This document shows positions 23,128 through 33,975 of a stretch of 64,000 nucleotides of DNA, piece by piece; position 1 is the stretch's first letter, and each line of letters begins with the position of its first letter. The DNA comes from a virus. The stretch spans positions 3,683 to 67,682 of the IMG/VR virus record IMGVR_UViG_3300005583_000002. One strand, 5' to 3'. Made by a program: the position numbers and the translations under genes. The notes under the pieces were generated by a model that was not told where the DNA came from, did no database searches, and saw nothing but the letters and a program-made list of their open reading frames with translations.

Positions 23128-25787
23128 GAAAATACATCTCCCCCTACATAGATTCTTATACGTTTGGTTCTAGAAAAGCTGTTTCTGATTTAATTATTTC
23201 AGCAAAAAAAGATAAAAGAAGCTTAGGCAGCTTAGCTAAAAACCTATCTGCTATGTCAAGCCTCAATAGTTATAATGGTCTTTACGTTCAGCCTTATAAC
23301 TTAGTTTCTTTAGAAGCAATTATAGATTTTTTTAGAGATATTAACATTAAAACAAGACAGTATTTTGATTCTTTAAACACTGTCACTTATTCAATGAATA
23401 GTTATTCTAATGTTATGCACTCAGAGATAGCAAAGTTAGAAAAAAATATTCAAGAGCTGCAAATATACGCAGACAACTTTGCCTTTATTTCTGGTGAAGA
23501 TGATCTATTTAATGGTTCATTCGTTGAAACATTCTCTGATGACACTAACTCCTATCTAAACGAGGATCGCTCACTTCCATTAAAAGATAGAGATGGAAGT
23601 CTTTTTGATGACAGTAAGATTTGTAACGTAGATGTAATTGCTGGCACCTTAAAAAACGGAGCAGCTTTTAAAAAATTAGATATAAATCCCATAGTCAAAA
23701 ACTATATCAATAATTATTCTAATTATATTTCAAGCTCTTCTTCTGTAGAAGATATTTTTTCTGAAAAAGCTAACAAAGCTTGGAGTGTTACCATTAAGTC
23801 ACCTCGAATAATATCTGACTCACTAACTGGCTTACAAGATAAGCTTGGCTATTCTTACCCGGGAATTTCTGGGGCTCAAGCCTCTATTGTAATAGAGTTT
23901 TCTAAACCCCAAGAGATGAATTGCATAAGGATATCGCCAAATATTGGAATTGATTTTCAAATTCTGCAGGTGATTATAAATAGTTCAAATGATTTAACAT
24001 TAAATTCTAATAGTTCAATAGGAAAAATACTTCAATCTCCATTATTGATTGATTCAACAAAAGATATTTCATTTAGTCATAGCACGGTACGCTCTATAGA
24101 ATTAGTTATTAATCAACCAACTTATAGAAAAATAGATAGAAGAGCAGCAGCAGCAGAAATGCAAGCGCGCACGTTGAATGATTACATTAAAAGCGTTAGA
24201 GATAAAAGAGTTAATAAGCATGACAAACTTCAGGATTTAGTATACTCTTATTTCAGTAAAAGAAATGAAACATCTTATTTAAATACTAACAATAAATACA
24301 CTCCAAATAATTATTCTTATAGATATCCGTGCGATGACACCGAACCAATCTATGGTTCATTGTCTTCTTTTTTAGAAAACAAGAAGTCGTTTGTTCAAAT
24401 GGATATGGAAAATAGATTTAATTCTGCAGATCAGTTGACTAATCTTGTAGAATCTGTTGTCTCCCATGTCCTGGGCGGAAAATTTAGAATGTCACCCAGT
24501 GCCTACCTTTCGGTAAGAAATAGTGATAATCCCTTGTCTATTTCCGACGTACAACATAACGGATTTATGCACGTAGGTAACCCTCAGGGCCCACATGGGC
24601 AAGAAGTGCAAGACCAAGAGAATCTTATGGACATGGCTGACAGATTTGATCTTGGTAAGTCTTCGTATTCGTTAGAAAATATAGGATCTTATGAATATAG
24701 TTTTTCTATTAAATCTTTAAAGTTTGGTTTGATAGATAATCTTACCGCCCTTGCCGCAAACCAGGTTAATTCCTCTAGTCAATCCTTGATGGGCAATGGA
24801 CTATCAAACAGCAAAGGCTATTACGTATCTAAAAAAATTAATAGCGGTGGTTTTATTAATCAAGTAAAACTAAAATCAGAATATTTTATTCCAAAAAGTT
24901 TAAATCAATTATTAGACTTAAAAGAAACAGCTTCCATTGAGTTTTCTATCACGACAAAGAATATTCCGACACAAGAATCTGATTGGATACACATTCTTCC
25001 TTATGGTATAACAGATGTATCTGCCGAAGTGTTGTACCCAAACACCGGTACTGGACTTTGCACAATGCGCTTTTTTGCAAAAGCAAATTCAATTAAATTA
25101 TATAAAAACGGTAAGATTCAATCCGAAAATGCGTTTAGAGTTATCGGTTCAGAGAATGTAAATAGCTTGCAAGTGATAAATCCGGATGCATCAGGCGTGT
25201 ATGTAGTTAGCTATTCAATCGATGCCTCGTTTAAAGATCCAAATTTAATAGATTTTTCTCAACTATCTATTAATAATTTTTATTTAAGAAGTTACTCAGA
25301 TCAATATGGCTTAGGAGAAAAACTATCTACGCAAGGGGTTGAAAATAGAGCTATTCTTTCGTCTGACCCATATATAGATTATTCTAAATTTGAAGGATAT
25401 ATATATTCTACAAACTCAGGGACAATAGGTTATGATCCAAACTCTAACTACTCAGAGTATAGCCCAATAAGTGTTATACTAGAAGATGGAACACCAGCTA
25501 TTAATCTAACTAACTATCTTTCTAATAAATATATTAAGTACTCAAATCCATCTGATAGTCAAACGCAAACTTACTACATACAAACAGGGAAAACACTTGC
25601 TTTTTCTAAAAAAACTACTAACTTTAAAGCTTATTACGATTACATCCCTGAGTCCCTTAGGTACAAGATAGTGATAAGAACACTTGACCCATCAGTGCCT
25701 AATAGTGCGTTCGTGGATAATTTAATATTAAAATTCCAAATGAAAAATACAGATCAATTTGTTAATAAATTGCTAAAGGTAATATAA
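23124..25787 (+). CDS. Virion structural protein
   Basis: ~887-aa ORF; ATG overlaps the previous TGA (ATGA); structural module. Confidence 0.55.
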   Translation: MRKYISPYIDSYTFGSRKAVSDLIISAKKDKRSLGSLAKNLSAMSSLNSYNGLYVQPYNLVSLEAIIDFFRDINIKTRQYFDSLNTVTYSMNSYSNVMHSEIAKLEKNIQELQIYADNFAFISGEDDLFNGSFVETFSDDTNSYLNEDRSLPLKDRDGSLFDDSKICNVDVIAGTLKNGAAFKKLDINPIVKNYINNYSNYISSSSSVEDIFSEKANKAWSVTIKSPRIISDSLTGLQDKLGYSYPGISGAQASIVIEFSKPQEMNCIRISPNIGIDFQILQVIINSSNDLTLNSNSSIGKILQSPLLIDSTKDISFSHSTVRSIELVINQPTYRKIDRRAAAAEMQARTLNDYIKSVRDKRVNKHDKLQDLVYSYFSKRNETSYLNTNNKYTPNNYSYRYPCDDTEPIYGSLSSFLENKKSFVQMDMENRFNSADQLTNLVESVVSHVLGGKFRMSPSAYLSVRNSDNPLSISDVQHNGFMHVGNPQGPHGQEVQDQENLMDMADRFDLGKSSYSLENIGSYEYSFSIKSLKFGLIDNLTALAANQVNSSSQSLMGNGLSNSKGYYVSKKINSGGFINQVKLKSEYFIPKSLNQLLDLKETASIEFSITTKNIPTQESDWIHILPYGITDVSAEVLYPNTGTGLCTMRFFAKANSIKLYKNGKIQSENAFRVIGSENVNSLQVINPDASGVYVVSYSIDASFKDPNLIDFSQLSINNFYLRSYSDQYGLGEKLSTQGVENRAILSSDPYIDYSKFEGYIYSTNSGTIGYDPNSNYSEYSPISVILEDGTPAINLTNYLSNKYIKYSNPSDSQTQTYYIQTGKTLAFSKKTTNFKAYYDYIPESLRYKIVIRTLDPSVPNSAFVDNLILKFQMKNTDQFVNKLLKVI

Positions 25788-25788
25788 A

Positions 25789-28258
25789 ATGGCACAATTT
25801 TCACCAAACACAGTAGGCTACGACGTTGCCGTGTATAAGATATCGGGTTTTTTTGACAAGTATTATAATTCAGGATTTAAAACCCATGAAGAATTCTTAA
25901 AAGAATATCAAATACTGTTACAGTCAATTTCCAGTTCAGCTGGCAATGTTATGACTAACTATGAGCCGGTTACAAAACGGACAACCACCAAGGTCTGCGC
26001 ATTTAAGTAAGTATGCAACTGATATAAGCGCAGACTCAGCTGTAGTATCAAAGCAAATAGATTATTTGTCATCAAAAACTATATCTACTTTCAATTTATT
26101 TTCTTCAGAAATAGAAAAAGAATCTAACTTTCTTGAAAGAATAAATTCAAAAATTAAAGTACTCCAACTGTATTCTAAAAGTTCAAGCGAAGATATATAT
26201 TACTATGGCGATTCTTTTGATAACTTTGACAACGTAGATACATCAGCTAAGTATGATCTCCCCTTAGCTTCTACTGTAGATGGTTTTCTTAGCTTACCTA
26301 TTGTCAATAGCTCAGTATGGGCCATAGATTCAATAGGTATAATAGACAAAGACGAAAATGGTAATCAGCTGTCTAATGGGTTTTTGGGCAATAGCCACAT
26401 GGCTATCCAGAGTACGACCGCTACAACACAGGCCCTTGCAAATACTGCGTCTTCATATAAGTATCTCTTTGAAGGTGGAAAATCTTTAAATAATGTGGCC
26501 AGTGCCTACAAGGATAAAAACCCAGACACATATTTTGAATACGAAAAATTAAATGTTACTAATACCAAAGGTACTAGCCAGGACTATGAGTTCCAGTATA
26601 AGAACAAAATAAATAACCAAAATTTAATTTATCAATGGAATAACTCTGATAACACTCCTCTAAGATTAGTGCTTGAAGTTTCCAAAAGGGGTTCTGCTCC
26701 AGCAAATAGTATTTCTATAACACCATTTTTTGGATATGATGAAATAAACATCACGCCAATTAAAATAACATCTATAGTTATAGAAACAATTGACTCAGGT
26801 TTCAATCCAAAAGAAGAAATACTTAGCTCATCAATTACTGTGGGACCTACCGCTATACCAACATCGGTCACCGATTCTAACAATTTTTTCTTTAAAAAAG
26901 CTGTTATCAAATTTGCAGAAAGAAATGTTTCAAAAATAACCGTTAAAATTGAGCAGAGTTCTTCGGCTGGTGTTGCTATCAAGCACGCTTACTGGACGGT
27001 TGCTTCAATCAACGCAAATTATGAATTTTCCGCAACAGATTATACATCTTTTGGACAAGACAATAAGCCTGTCCCAGAAAACATTTGGTCAGGCTCTTCA
27101 AGGTTTAACCCAAGCTTAATTTACAATAAATCAACTATATCAAGTATAACCGGCGTAGAATCCTCTCTTGATAGGTTAATACCAAGCATATCAAATCCAA
27201 CTGAAATAACTGGTGGGTCAGATTTATCTAGAAGGGTAACTATTAGTGGGGTGCAAGATGTCCCGGTCACTTATTATGTCATGAAGGCTTTTGATAAAAA
27301 GAAAAATAAAGATGTTTACGTAGAAAGAATATATGTTTTAGACCCAGACGAATTTGCAAATGAAATTAAGCAAGTACCAGCAGGTAAAACACTTTATGTC
27401 AATTGGTGGCCTGCATCTTCTAAAATAATAGGCTACGACACACCAGGCAACGCTAGGGCTTTTTATAGCGCAAGTAATATAAATGATCCAAAATATGATG
27501 CAATTTTAAAGCCATTTTTTGCAAATCCAAATTATTCACAAGCAACACCAAACTTTGTCCCTCCAGAGGTTCATGATTGGTGGGCTTTAAAATATAAGAT
27601 GACTGGTGTAGAAAAAAATTCATTCTTTGCGGGAACTAGTACACCATCTTATTACCTGGGCGAAAGATATAATATAACTGAAGCTCAAATAATTCCAGAA
27701 CAATTCCAAAAAATAACAAAACCACAAGTTCGATATAATATAAACTTAAATAAAAATTATGAAATTATTAGAGATGGCGATAAGATAGATGACCAAACAG
27801 TCGCCGCCAAAAGATGGTCAATTGGCTTGAGGGATGTATCAGTAGGTAATGAATTGTACAATACTTCGGCAGAGATAATTTCTAAGCCTTTTAATTTTCC
27901 GTATCCAGTAGAGTACCTGATGCTTTACTCTGATTATAGTATCCCCGTTGCCGAGATGGCAAATGAATTTTCGGAACAAACTGAATTTATTAGCTACTAT
28001 ATTTCAGTAGAAGGAAAAGATGGTCCGTGGCTGCCAATATCTCCTGTTGAGAATCCGTTTAATTCAAATATTCCAGAAATATATTCGTTCAGTAAAAATA
28101 TTTCAAGCGAATTAAGGATACCTGGGATAGCCTATGTTGACATTAACTCTGAAGTAAACTCGGTAAGAGTAAGAATAAAAATTAGAAAACCAAACATGTT
28201 GAACGGAACACCACTTATAAACTACTACCAATTAGCAGCAAAGGTAAAGAGAGCATGA
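25789..28258 (+). CDS. Virion structural protein, joined by +1 frameshift at CGG-A 25978-25981 (~822 aa)
   Basis: 73-aa ORF and 765-aa ORF overlap in adjacent frames; the joined size and architecture match the neighbours at 23124 and 28255. Confidence 0.6.
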
Positions 28259-30477
28259 TAGAGGACATACAAAAAGCAAGGTTTCTAAAAAACCTCTATA
28301 AATTAAGCTACGCTTACGGAAAATTGCTTGATGACAATTCATTAAAAAGGGCATACTCAGAGTACTTTAGGGTCAATTCACCCGGTGCTCCTATTGAAAT
28401 TAATCCAGAGATCTTGAGATCGCAAAACGTAGCAAACGTAGATGATTTTAACTCCATGATGTTAAAAACAATATTTAATATGGATATATTATATGATGCA
28501 AGCCATGAGGCAGTGGAGGACATGTTTCAAACCGTGACTTCAATCAATAATAGGATAGATAACTTAAGATCCAAAAGAGCTACTTTAGAAAAAAAAATTG
28601 ATGATCTAATATTTAATGTAACAAACTCAGATGGTTTCTACGCATCTTTTACAGAAGAATTTACAGACATAACTTGCATAGATACAAAACTATCTTCAGT
28701 CTACTACGACCAAGAGTCTCGTAGCTTAAGCTTATCAAGCGTAGAGTCTGGTTCTTTTAATAGACCAGGCAATCAAGGCACGACGGCTGCTGGAGTATCT
28801 TACACCGTGTACGAAAATGGCACTTCTTCAGTAACAGCAAGGGATATTGGCGCTCATTCTACAAACATTTTTGACGGCTTAAACGATACAAACTGGAGTT
28901 ACACTCATAGGTCTACGCAGCCAGCAATAGTTTCAATGCAATTAGATATAACTCCGATGTCTGGAGATATTATATCAAAAGTCTACGGAAGACTATCTTC
29001 AGATAAGCCAATCAAAGTTTTAGCTCATATATCTGGAGCAGCGAATCAATCAACTGAGCCAATGGTATATTCTGGCCAATCAGAAAAAGACTTTGATAAT
29101 TTTGTTTTTAACTTCGAAAGCACTTCGCCAAATTTGGTAAGCATTTTCTTAATAAAAAATCAACCAGATAGGATTACGACTTCTAATTCAGGCGCTTTTT
29201 ATGAGTATGATTTTATTATAAGAGATATAGTATTTTCTGGTCCATATTATGAAACATATGGTTCATACGTTTCTAATCCTATTTCTTTAAACTCTACAGA
29301 CAATACGAAGAACATAATAGACGGGGTGTCGATAGATGTTGTCAGTCAAAACACCAGCGCTAATTCACTAGATTTTTTTGTAGCAAAAAATGTCGATAAC
29401 GCATCAAGCATAAACGACTATGCTTGGATACCGATCTCTGCACAAAATACTTTAAACAAAACTAACCCAGATGTTGTAGACTTTCAAGGCTCTAATCTTG
29501 TTTACTCTACCATTGTAGAGTCTTCGTCGCAATCCACCAGTTCGGACACATTAAAATATTTTTCTACTCAACCATTTACAAACATACCAGGGCTTGAAGG
29601 CGTATCAATCTATAAAGTCGCAAAGCTTGACCCACAAATACAATATTCTGAACCAATAATCCTAGAAGGATACAACAAATTCTCCTGGTATAGGACGAGC
29701 TATAAACAAAACTTATCTAGATCTTTATCGCAATGGAAAAATGAAATAATTCCAGAGCTAGCGTCCAATAATGTTATTGAATCCACCGAAGATATGTCTT
29801 CTTCTCCCGTATTTTGGACTGCGCCAAACTTAAACGACGGCGGTAGTGTTCTAATAAGTTTTGAGATTTTAGTTTCTTCTGATGTTAAAATAAAGAAAAC
29901 AATATTAAAAAACGATGACAACGCAGCCCTTTGGGATATGTCAGTGTACGTAAACGGTGTTCTTATTAGGAACATACTTCCTGGCCAGTACTCTGACGAG
30001 ATAGAGTTCAATCTAAAATCAGGCAAAAACAATATTGCAATAGCAATCGATGCTGCGCCTAGAGCAACTTCTGGATCGACTGGTGGGCTGTATGGATCTT
30101 TGACTTTCTTACAGGGTTCTAGAATTACTGACTACGGTATGGTATATCAAAACTATTTATCTTTAATCAACTCAGAATTATTTAAGAACAACAATAATAC
30201 AATCAATGCATCGTTTGCAATAAAGAAGATAGACACAATTGATTATATAATATCTAACAAAAAAATAACTCCAGGATCTAGAATGTATTATTATGTTAAT
30301 AACTCAAACAACGATGTTTCTTCTATAAGAATAAGAGCAGATTTTAGTAGGCCAATTGGGGATCCAAAATCTACACCAGCCATCACATCTTATAAAGTAA
30401 AGTTTAAGAGATCAGACAATGTAAAAGACGCTGCAAGAAAAACAGCCACTGATATTCTAAGAGGAAGGTCAAGTTGA
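28255..30477 (+). CDS. Virion structural protein
   Basis: 740 aa; N-terminal coiled coil; C-terminal IRIRADF...TPAITSY resembles VRVRIKI...TPLINYY of the upstream gene. Confidence 0.55.
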   Translation: MIEDIQKARFLKNLYKLSYAYGKLLDDNSLKRAYSEYFRVNSPGAPIEINPEILRSQNVANVDDFNSMMLKTIFNMDILYDASHEAVEDMFQTVTSINNRIDNLRSKRATLEKKIDDLIFNVTNSDGFYASFTEEFTDITCIDTKLSSVYYDQESRSLSLSSVESGSFNRPGNQGTTAAGVSYTVYENGTSSVTARDIGAHSTNIFDGLNDTNWSYTHRSTQPAIVSMQLDITPMSGDIISKVYGRLSSDKPIKVLAHISGAANQSTEPMVYSGQSEKDFDNFVFNFESTSPNLVSIFLIKNQPDRITTSNSGAFYEYDFIIRDIVFSGPYYETYGSYVSNPISLNSTDNTKNIIDGVSIDVVSQNTSANSLDFFVAKNVDNASSINDYAWIPISAQNTLNKTNPDVVDFQGSNLVYSTIVESSSQSTSSDTLKYFSTQPFTNIPGLEGVSIYKVAKLDPQIQYSEPIILEGYNKFSWYRTSYKQNLSRSLSQWKNEIIPELASNNVIESTEDMSSSPVFWTAPNLNDGGSVLISFEILVSSDVKIKKTILKNDDNAALWDMSVYVNGVLIRNILPGQYSDEIEFNLKSGKNNIAIAIDAAPRATSGSTGGLYGSLTFLQGSRITDYGMVYQNYLSLINSELFKNNNNTINASFAIKKIDTIDYIISNKKITPGSRMYYYVNNSNNDVSSIRIRADFSRPIGDPKSTPAITSYKVKFKRSDNVKDAARKTATDILRGRSS

Positions 30478-30484
30478 GTATTTT

Positions 30485-30883
30485 ATGAAAAGTTATTTCT
30501 ATAATGAGTTTGATAAAAGCCAAAATATATTTCAACCAATCCTACAAAGATCAAGACAAATATATAGAGGGCATAGAGAATCTGGAAAGATCAATTTAGA
30601 ACAAGATCAGTTTAAAATGGACGTGTCTCGATTAGAGGCAAGAATCCAGGGAGCTTCATCAATCCTAAGAGTAATGTCAAAAGTTGGTTACCACCATGAT
30701 TCTGCTACCCCTTTAACTAACGCAGCAACACCATTTTTTAATGCACAATACAGAATTTTTGGGCAAGGCGCAACACCTTCCTCAGTAGAACAAACGGTTT
30801 TTATAGAAGACATATTAGAGTTAAGCAGTAATCTAAACAGAATTCTAAATAAAATAAAAACCCTAGAAAATCAGGAGAAATAA
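30485..30883 (+). CDS. Small virion protein with three Ala-Thr-Pro motifs
   Basis: 132-aa ORF containing SATP, AATP, GATP. Confidence 0.5.
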   Translation: MKSYFYNEFDKSQNIFQPILQRSRQIYRGHRESGKINLEQDQFKMDVSRLEARIQGASSILRVMSKVGYHHDSATPLTNAATPFFNAQYRIFGQGATPSSVEQTVFIEDILELSSNLNRILNKIKTLENQEK

Positions 30884-32152
30884 ATGTCAGAAGAGATATA
30901 CACCCAAAAAAGAACTAACCAATATGGTGGCAATTATTCATCAGCAGACTATAATAAAAGAGTTGAAGAAAATTACCAAGACTTAGTTTCTTTGTATAAT
31001 AAATATAACATAATAGACACTAAGATTGAGTCAAGTTTTAATAGGATTATAACCGATCATATTTTTTTGGCCCAAGCAGTCAAAGATGCTTCTGACAGAC
31101 TAAAGGCTTTAGAGGCTAATGAAAAAATGGTAACACTTCATTCATTTAGCCAAATCGACAATGCAAGATTCTCCGGCACTGATTTGGCAATAGGTATATC
31201 TGAACAGCTGTCGTTCAACTCTATCTATAACTTTGTGACACTTCCACTTATCTCTGGCCCTTCTATCTCAATTATGAAGACCTACAATACATTAGGCGAG
31301 CAGGTAATACCTAATTATATTAACCTTAGAGTATCCCCAATCAACTCTTTGGATGTGCCAGGGGCAAAGATCGATACCACACCACCGTACTATGCTCTGT
31401 ATGATAGGGCTGATCGAGTTTGGAAAAGATCAATCATTTCTGACACACAGTCGGACGCTGGTGCTCTTACATATCTTTATATTAAAGTTCCAAACGCATC
31501 TTCAAATTTAAAAATTAATAACTTAAGGTTTAGCCCCTATCCAGTCAATTCAGTAGATATATTATCAGTGGAGTACACCCAATCGGTTAACCCATCTTTA
31601 ACTTCTGGTGATTCTTGGAGAGCGTTAAACGTTAATGGCTTGTATAACAACGACCCAGATGCAGTAGGGTATGTAGCCCCTGGTGGTTGGAGTAATAATC
31701 AAGTCTCAGATGCAATAGTAAATTCTGGTCCGCTTTACTTTAATTGCACCATAACCAAGACCGACAATAAGCCAATAACTGGTTTTAGAATCCAAATGAG
31801 ACAAAGAAACTACATAAAAGAAAATGGTAAATTTGTTTATACCTATGGTCTATCGGACCTAGACATTAGAGCAGACAAGTATATGCCACAAGGCAAAATG
31901 TTTGTTAAATTTGTTGCGCCTAAGGATACATTAATTTTTACGGTTACAGGTGTAACTCCAAAAATCTACAATGTTCCTCTTAGTCTAACGCAGCTTGCGT
32001 TTAGCTCTAAAGTTTACTACCCAACCGCAGGTGGAGGCTACAGCCAAACTCCACAAGGCGGATCTGCTTTGATCTGGGTGGAAATAACAATGAACGAATT
32101 AGATGATGGAACAGTCCCTATCCTCTCTGATATCATTATTGAATACAGTTAA
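30884..32152 (+). CDS. Virion structural protein
   Basis: 422-aa ORF coupled to the structural module. Confidence 0.5.
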   Translation: MSEEIYTQKRTNQYGGNYSSADYNKRVEENYQDLVSLYNKYNIIDTKIESSFNRIITDHIFLAQAVKDASDRLKALEANEKMVTLHSFSQIDNARFSGTDLAIGISEQLSFNSIYNFVTLPLISGPSISIMKTYNTLGEQVIPNYINLRVSPINSLDVPGAKIDTTPPYYALYDRADRVWKRSIISDTQSDAGALTYLYIKVPNASSNLKINNLRFSPYPVNSVDILSVEYTQSVNPSLTSGDSWRALNVNGLYNNDPDAVGYVAPGGWSNNQVSDAIVNSGPLYFNCTITKTDNKPITGFRIQMRQRNYIKENGKFVYTYGLSDLDIRADKYMPQGKMFVKFVAPKDTLIFTVTGVTPKIYNVPLSLTQLAFSSKVYYPTAGGGYSQTPQGGSALIWVEITMNELDDGTVPILSDIIIEYS

Positions 32153-32168
32153 TTTACGTTAAGCTAGT

Positions 32169-32175
32169 TACTATA
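32169..32175 (+). promoter_or_regulatory. TACTATA candidate phage (late) promoter element
   Basis: Recurrent intergenic heptamer upstream of a strong RBS (AAGGAG) and ATG 32211. Confidence 0.45.
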
Positions 32176-32210
32176 TAATCCAGATCAAATAATTTTAAAA
32201 GGAGTTTTAA

Positions 32211-32834
32211 ATGACAACGTTCTATGTAGGACCTAGACCAGTATTAAGAGGCCAAAATTCCAAAGACATGGTGAACCCATACGTCTCAATGACGGGCAAA
32301 GCCAAGTCAACGGGCACCTATTCATTCTACCCACTGTACGCTACTAGCCAACTGTTGACTGGTGCACCAGACAACAACCATGTACCAGGAACCGGTAGAC
32401 ACCCAGGCAACGTATTTCTTTCGCAGCTTCTTAATGGGAGTACCCTCTATGTGCACCCGCTTTCTGGAACATTCGCTGATGGTACGGCAACATATGATGG
32501 CGCAAGATATAAGCCACTGCTATTCAAGGGCCTAGACTCAGCTCAGGCACTTGCTGGAGGCCATGCAGTTGATCGTGCAAGCGATTATGCCCTCTACAGC
32601 AATTATAAGTTTGATGGAGTTGCTTCAGCAGAAGCATTTGCTAACCTAGGGCACGCTGTTGGTAGAACAACCGGCATGGCTGCTTCGTTTGGTTTGTTTA
32701 GACCTGATCAGCTCAATGGTGTTCCAAGCGCTGCAGTTTTCACCAGCGGTTATGGTCAAGCAAATACAGTAAGCGACTATGGCAGATATAAAGTACAGGA
32801 ATATAAAGGTGTACCGTCTGCAAAGGCTCTCTAA
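32211..32834 (+). CDS. Gly/Ala-rich hypothetical protein, probably a virion component
   Basis: 207 aa; strong RBS AAAAGGAG. Confidence 0.55.
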   Translation: MTTFYVGPRPVLRGQNSKDMVNPYVSMTGKAKSTGTYSFYPLYATSQLLTGAPDNNHVPGTGRHPGNVFLSQLLNGSTLYVHPLSGTFADGTATYDGARYKPLLFKGLDSAQALAGGHAVDRASDYALYSNYKFDGVASAEAFANLGHAVGRTTGMAASFGLFRPDQLNGVPSAAVFTSGYGQANTVSDYGRYKVQEYKGVPSAKAL

Positions 32835-33108
32835 CTATTACAAAAACCCTGTATCTTTAGAAAAACAAAAAGATACAATCTCTGGCGATTATGCCTGGCT
32901 TGTTTTAGCTACATCTATAGCGGCATATGATATCTATGCAATAAAAAGCAAAAAAGCAGAAACTCTTACTAAATCTTTTTGGAGATTTACAGAAAAACCA
33001 CTAACTTCAGTGGTAGCATATGCTGCATGGGGTGCATTAACAGCTCATCTGTTGGCAGAAAAAAAGATAAGAAAAAACATTTGGAAAGATAAAGATCCGG
33101 AAAAATAG
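32809..33108 (+). CDS. Small membrane protein
   Basis: Two hydrophobic stretches; GTG 32809 with AGGA upstream preferred over the overlapping ATG 32779. Confidence 0.5.
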   Translation: MYRLQRLSNYYKNPVSLEKQKDTISGDYAWLVLATSIAAYDIYAIKSKKAETLTKSFWRFTEKPLTSVVAYAAWGALTAHLLAEKKIRKNIWKDKDPEK

Positions 33109-33141
33109 TCACGTTATAATCCCACGAATTAGCCAGTGCCT

Positions 33142-33150
33142 TGGTATACT
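33142..33150 (+). promoter_or_regulatory. Extended -10 promoter (TGGTATACT)
   Basis: TGnTATACT in an intergenic region. Confidence 0.5.
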
Positions 33151-33176
33151 ATACAGGGCATGACGATTAGTTATTC

Positions 33177-33210
33177 AAGTCCCGTCGCCTAGACGGGACT
33201 TACTTATTTA
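33177..33210 (+). terminator. Intrinsic terminator-like hairpin
   Basis: AAGTCCCGTC-GCCTA-GACGGGACTT 10-bp stem followed by a T-rich tail. Confidence 0.6.
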
Positions 33211-33246
33211 TACGGTTACTTTATATGTTTTTCTAATTTTAGACAG

Positions 33247-33957
33247 GTGGTTATGGTGTCAAAAAACTTACTTGAAAAAGTCATAGCGGAAAACGCTATG
33301 CCCATAGAGCTAGCCGAAGAATATCTCAAGCTATATATAGCAGACGTAGAGTGGTCAGAACATATACAAAAGTTGTGGGGGAACTTCTATAACAAAAACA
33401 AAAACGAAGAGCAGTCAAAGGCTTTGGTCAAAAGAGCAGTCAGTTGCGCTATACTTTTGCCTGGCATGGATAACACTCAGATACCAGACCCTCCTCATTC
33501 TTTATTATTTTGGTGCACAGCTTGGGCTCAATTCTACGAGCGTGATTGGTTTGAGCTATTTAAAGAAGTAGTGACAACTGACATAGAGATTAAAAATAAT
33601 AGAAAACAAATAATAGAACTAGGTATAATAGATCCAATTGACTATTCGCCAATGACAAGACAAGCATTTAATTGGCTGTACGACAAGGCTGAGTCAAGCG
33701 GTTGCATAGACGTAAATAACAAAAGTTTGGTTGCGCAAAAGCTAAAGAATCTTGTTACAATATATGGTGGAGCTGTAGTATCCAGTATATTCATAAGCCA
33801 TAAAGGGCTTCTACCAAAGGTTACTAACTGGAGAAGCGGTTACTTCTTCGAGAAACAAATATATAAAGTATACAATTTAGAAAAAATACTCAAGATAAAA
33901 AAAATGGAATTAGCAAAAACAAATCCAAAATACGTAAAAACATATCAGAACAACTAA
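33247..33957 (+). CDS. Hypothetical protein
   Basis: 236-aa ORF, no motif recognised. Confidence 0.6.
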   Translation: MVMVSKNLLEKVIAENAMPIELAEEYLKLYIADVEWSEHIQKLWGNFYNKNKNEEQSKALVKRAVSCAILLPGMDNTQIPDPPHSLLFWCTAWAQFYERDWFELFKEVVTTDIEIKNNRKQIIELGIIDPIDYSPMTRQAFNWLYDKAESSGCIDVNNKSLVAQKLKNLVTIYGGAVVSSIFISHKGLLPKVTNWRSGYFFEKQIYKVYNLEKILKIKKMELAKTNPKYVKTYQNN

Positions 33958-33975
33958 AACAAGGAGACATAAAGA

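Noticed and set aside
32779-32834. Overlap of ORFs 32211 and 32779 as a fifth +1 frameshift
   Set aside because: No in-frame CGG in the overlap, and a GTG at 32809 with an AGGA RBS explains an independent gene.
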